Source of the DNA: Candidatus Limnocylindrales bacterium
GTDB lineage: Bacteria; Patescibacteriota; Microgenomatia; Levybacterales; UBA12049
Length of the DNA stretch: 64,000 nt
Assembly: GCA_035526025.1 (NCBI GenBank)
Contig: DATLDE010000004.1
Span: 13,011 to 77,010, forward strand
Direction: 5' to 3'
Position 1 is the first letter of the stretch. Each line of letters begins with the position of its first letter. The notes under the pieces are model-generated. The model did no database searches, was not told the origin of the DNA, and was given only the letters and a program-made list of their open reading frames with translations. The position numbers and the translations under genes were made by a program. Positions 60,424 through 64,000 of the stretch are shown here, piece after piece.

Positions 60424-61480
60424 CAAAAATATAATTTATATGCACACTTCTTCGAAAATTTAATTTATATAATTGAGCCCTACTGTAAGACATGTTTTCT
60501 AATTTGTAATCCTGTGAAAAGTACGAATAAATTAAGTGCACAATCTGTTGCTGTTTTTATGCTTTATTAAATAGTTATTTTTTGTAAAATTCTAAAAATA
60601 GGATTTTAGTTATTTTTGATATAATTACTAATAATAATTTCTGGAAATTTAGAAAAAAGTTATCCACAATATTATTTAGTTTTTAGTGGAAAAGTACAAG
60701 ACCATGTCTATTACTAATACATCTATGAAAAGGCATCAAATAAACTAATTAATACTAATGCTAAATAACTGCAATTAGACTTGTATAAATTTGATTAAGC
60801 TCATTTATTCACATGTAAGAAACTTGTATAAAATCACTATATTGAAATTTATTGTTTATTTTATTAATTTATATTTATACAGGACTTGATTGATATTATT
60901 ACAGGATTTAATCCAATAATTCGCTGGCTTTTGTCTTAATTCCCTTTTTAAGACACATTACTCTAAATATTATTTTGGAGGTGAATACTAATCTGTAATT
61001 GCCGGCTAGTTTATATTTTTTGGCTATTTACATTCGTTCTTAAATGTAAAAAAATGTCTTGTAGTATTTTATTTATTCGATATATTACCTACTTATGAAT
61101 CTATTGCATAATTCTTACTATTCAAAAACTTATATATTTATTTAGACTGTTCTGATAGTTCATTTGCTATGTCAAAATCCTTAAGCACTCTCTTGATATA
61201 GCTGCTATCCTTAAGCGTAATCAGCTTCAATTTCAAAAATTATCTTTTTCCCTCCCCTTTTATTTGATTTTGACCAATTTTATTTTCAAATTTCAAATTC
61301 TGTGAAAAATATTAATTTTTATTACAGTTTTTGTAAATTACTTAGCCTCAACTATATCATTTAGTACTTGACTACTACTATTAATAGCAAGTAATATGAA
61401 ATAAGGCTCTAAATAGTAACAGTATTTATTTTTGATTTTTTTAAAAATTTTACAAATTTAAGTCTTTCTATCAAACATTT
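60424..61480. other. About 1 kb very AT-rich non-coding region with DnaA-box-like motifs
   Basis: No ORF of note; TTATCCACA 60660-60668; TTATTCACA 60805-60813; ACTTGTATAAA at 60779 and 60822. Confidence 0.5.
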
Positions 61481-62896
61481 ATGGATTCTGCCCGTCCAAC
61501 AAATGCAAATAATTTATTGACGTTAAAACAAGCCTCTGAGAGATTAGGTGTAACGCCTGACATACTTCTGAATTTGAATGAATACAACATTCTCAAGCCT
61601 TCGATTACTCTTTCGGGCGAAATAGGATACTCTCAGGAACAGATAATTAATTTCCTTGCAATCCAACAATTATCAGCTCAAAGAGTCATGCCTGGCGTAC
61701 CCAGTGAAAGAAATCAACAACAAATCGAAATTGCCCCTTTAAAGCCAGCAGTGCATAATATTTCGGTACAGACTAATATCCAAGCTAATACTCATTCACT
61801 TAACCTCACTGATGCGGATGCGAATGTCATGAATGCAACTCGCAATACCGTGCCTGACACCAATAAAAAAATCCGTTCTTTTCTGAAGATTTCGTCCCTT
61901 TCGTTTTTGTTTTTCCTTTCATTGTTCGCTTTCTTCATAAGAGCGGATGATGTCAGAGTTTCAAAAGAATCAGAGCTACATGGCTCTATTATCTCTCCCT
62001 CCCCTGCTCAACATCAAAATAGAATTGTAGCTTTTGACAACCCAAGCAACGAAAAAATAAATGATCTAAATGAAAATATTGCTCCATTAAATCAGGTTTT
62101 TGAGGGTGGATCAACAAACGATAATGCAAATAAAGAAATTGCCAATAATACAGAAATTCCACTGCCTGATGCAGCTCAAGAATCAAATAGCAAATCAGCT
62201 AAAAGCGACTTGGTAGACTTTGCTTCAAAGCCATCATGCCCATCATGCATGCCGGAGGATAAGGAAGTTAAATCTGTATTTGATGATAATGGCAATATCA
62301 AGGGTGAACAGCCTAAGCAAACAAACCTTTTAGCAGCCACATCAATTGGCACGACAAGAATAGATCAAGTCGACAATCAAGCAGGGCCTAAAACTAATCC
62401 GATTGTGTTTTTGGGAATTTCACTCATAGGCTTGCTGTCAATGATGTTTATTTTTAGAAATCAGATTGCTCTAGCTATGAATAAATCAGGTAGCGCTAAT
62501 CCACTACCTAATTCCTACATTGCATCAAGTAAGCCACAAAAAATTCTTGAGGTAAGCCAGAAAACAGATGGAACAGTCGTGTTACATATCCTCGGAAAAG
62601 AACACAAAATCAGTAAGCCTGAGCTTGATAGTGAATCAGATCAGTTTATCACAAGGCTAATGGAGCTAGCTCAAGATAATATCAAAGAAATCGATTATGA
62701 CACTTTGACAGACGAAACGATCAGGTTTAATGCGCCTTTAAGTAAGCTTGTTACGCGCCTGGGGTTTGTAGGCATAAAAAGAGATTTATTTTTCCCACGA
62801 ACTTCCAAGAACAAAGTACTTTTAAGGAAATACGTTACAGAACAGGATTTAATTGCTATGAGTTTAACCACCGAGCAGATTTTAAATTATCTGTAG
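61481..62896 (+). CDS. MerR-like HTH protein with two TM segments
   Basis: LLTLKQASERLGVTPDIL...ILKP...GYSQEQI; TM1 SLSFLFFLSLFAFFI; CPSC; TM2 IVFLGISLIGLLSMMFIF. Confidence 0.75.
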   Translation: MDSARPTNANNLLTLKQASERLGVTPDILLNLNEYNILKPSITLSGEIGYSQEQIINFLAIQQLSAQRVMPGVPSERNQQQIEIAPLKPAVHNISVQTNIQANTHSLNLTDADANVMNATRNTVPDTNKKIRSFLKISSLSFLFFLSLFAFFIRADDVRVSKESELHGSIISPSPAQHQNRIVAFDNPSNEKINDLNENIAPLNQVFEGGSTNDNANKEIANNTEIPLPDAAQESNSKSAKSDLVDFASKPSCPSCMPEDKEVKSVFDDNGNIKGEQPKQTNLLAATSIGTTRIDQVDNQAGPKTNPIVFLGISLIGLLSMMFIFRNQIALAMNKSGSANPLPNSYIASSKPQKILEVSQKTDGTVVLHILGKEHKISKPELDSESDQFITRLMELAQDNIKEIDYDTLTDETIRFNAPLSKLVTRLGFVGIKRDLFFPRTSKNKVLLRKYVTEQDLIAMSLTTEQILNYL

Positions 62897-63037
62897 GTAA
62901 TTTTCAAGGCCAATTCCCCAGGACCACACAGGTCTACATAAGTCCCTTTGCATCTCACACAGATAACTTTTTCGTAGCTAGCATAAGCTTAATTAGTACT
63001 CGAAATTCCTATATAGGCTCATTTCGACAAAATGCAC

Positions 63038-64000
63038 ATGGATTCTGCCCGTCCAAACAATGCGCAAGACTTATTGTCTTTGAAAAAAGCTGCTAAGAAA
63101 TTAGGAGTCTCAACTGACCTACTTTTAATCTGGAACGAAAATCATATCCTCAAGCCTACGGTAACCAAAGACGGCACATTCGGCTACACAAAAGATCAAT
63201 TGGATAACTTTCTAAAACTTCGAGCCTCGCTTCAAGAGGGCGCAACTGCACAAACACAAGAGCCTGAAGCGATTAAAAAATCTCACTACAAAGCAACCGG
63301 CATCCAACAAGCTGTAGATAAATCTGAGCAAGAAGAAGCTATGCCTACAGAATCAAGCAACAAAACTCAAAATAGCCTATCTCAAAGATTCGTTTTGTGG
63401 GTAGGCAATGGATTTTACTCAGAGGCTGGAGTTAAAAATCACTTGAAATCACAAGTTACTGAATCATGGAGATTCACACCATCAAAACCTTCTCTTAGCT
63501 ACAAAAGGCCCTCCAGGAAAACACTTGCTATTTCTACAGGATTCGCATTTGTTCTAGCTATGACCTTACTAACTCAACAATATAGGATAAAATACATGTT
63601 TGAGCAGTATGAAACAGGCTCAGGAAGCTACCAGCATGGAATTGCCACACAAGACGTACTAGGCACACAAACAAGTAAATTAAAACTAGTCGGCAGTGTA
63701 ATATTTAGAATACCTGTCAATGTTAAGGACAAAGTTACGATAGGGAAAACCCTTGAAGTTAAGGGTAAAAGTGTTTTTAGAGACAATATTACGGCCCCAA
63801 ATATTATTTATGGCATAAAGGCAGGACAAAACGTGGTCATAACTGGGGCTGCAAGCCAGACACCGACAATATCTGTTTCCCTACCTGATACTGTAGCTTC
63901 ATTTCAGGGAGAAACAGGTGAAATTGTACTTCAGGCAGGCGAGGATATTGAAATAAGTGGTTTAACTATCAGCGACAAATCAACTCTTGAGTCTGTTGTT
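63038..64000 (+). CDS. Large surface protein: MerR-like HTH + TM + beta-fibre-like region, runs off the window (not in ORF track)
   Basis: Manual translation open to 64000: MDSARPNNAQDLLSLKKAAKKLGVS...LAISTGFAFVLAMTLL...DVLGTQT...ITAPNIIYGIKAGQNVVITG...VASFQGETGEIVLQAGEDIEISG. Confidence 0.8.
   Translation, partial: MDSARPNNAQDLLSLKKAAKKLGVSTDLLLIWNENHILKPTVTKDGTFGYTKDQLDNFLKLRASLQEGATAQTQEPEAIKKSHYKATGIQQAVDKSEQEEAMPTESSNKTQNSLSQRFVLWVGNGFYSEAGVKNHLKSQVTESWRFTPSKPSLSYKRPSRKTLAISTGFAFVLAMTLLTQQYRIKYMFEQYETGSGSYQHGIATQDVLGTQTSKLKLVGSVIFRIPVNVKDKVTIGKTLEVKGKSVFRDNITAPNIIYGIKAGQNVVITGAASQTPTISVSLPDTVASFQGETGEIVLQAGEDIEISGLTISDKSTLESVV

Overview
Chromosomal segment of an AT-rich bacterium using genetic code 11. 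Gene content, leaderless-style promoters and protein families suggest Patescibacteria/CPR, probably Microgenomates (inference). Left to right: accessory singletons (DUF72, GNATs, SET, VOC, SRPBCC, SGNH, a frameshifted DAG kinase); a CsoR-regulated copper operon; envelope and pentose genes (PBP1A, rpe, rpiB, LytR-C, SpoIID-like); smpB-ssrA with an unusually long tag; comF; a defence-like island between tRNA-Ser(GCT) and an unusual tRNA-Ser(ACT); a PAS kinase; Hsp20 with a CIRCE-like site; two large HExxH orphans; dnaG-rpoD; and a P-type ATPase/redox operon. The most striking locus is an atypical F-type ATPase operon (53990-60423). It has no subunit a, and its c-like hairpin lacks the ion-carrying carboxylate and is fused to a secreted extracellular domain. 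Its alpha/beta catalytic motifs are intact and epsilon is truncated. It is followed by two MerR-HTH membrane proteins, the second beginning a fibre-like surface protein. This is a candidate ATP-driven motor or assembly machine not coupled to ion flow. All calls come from reading the sequence; no searches were run.
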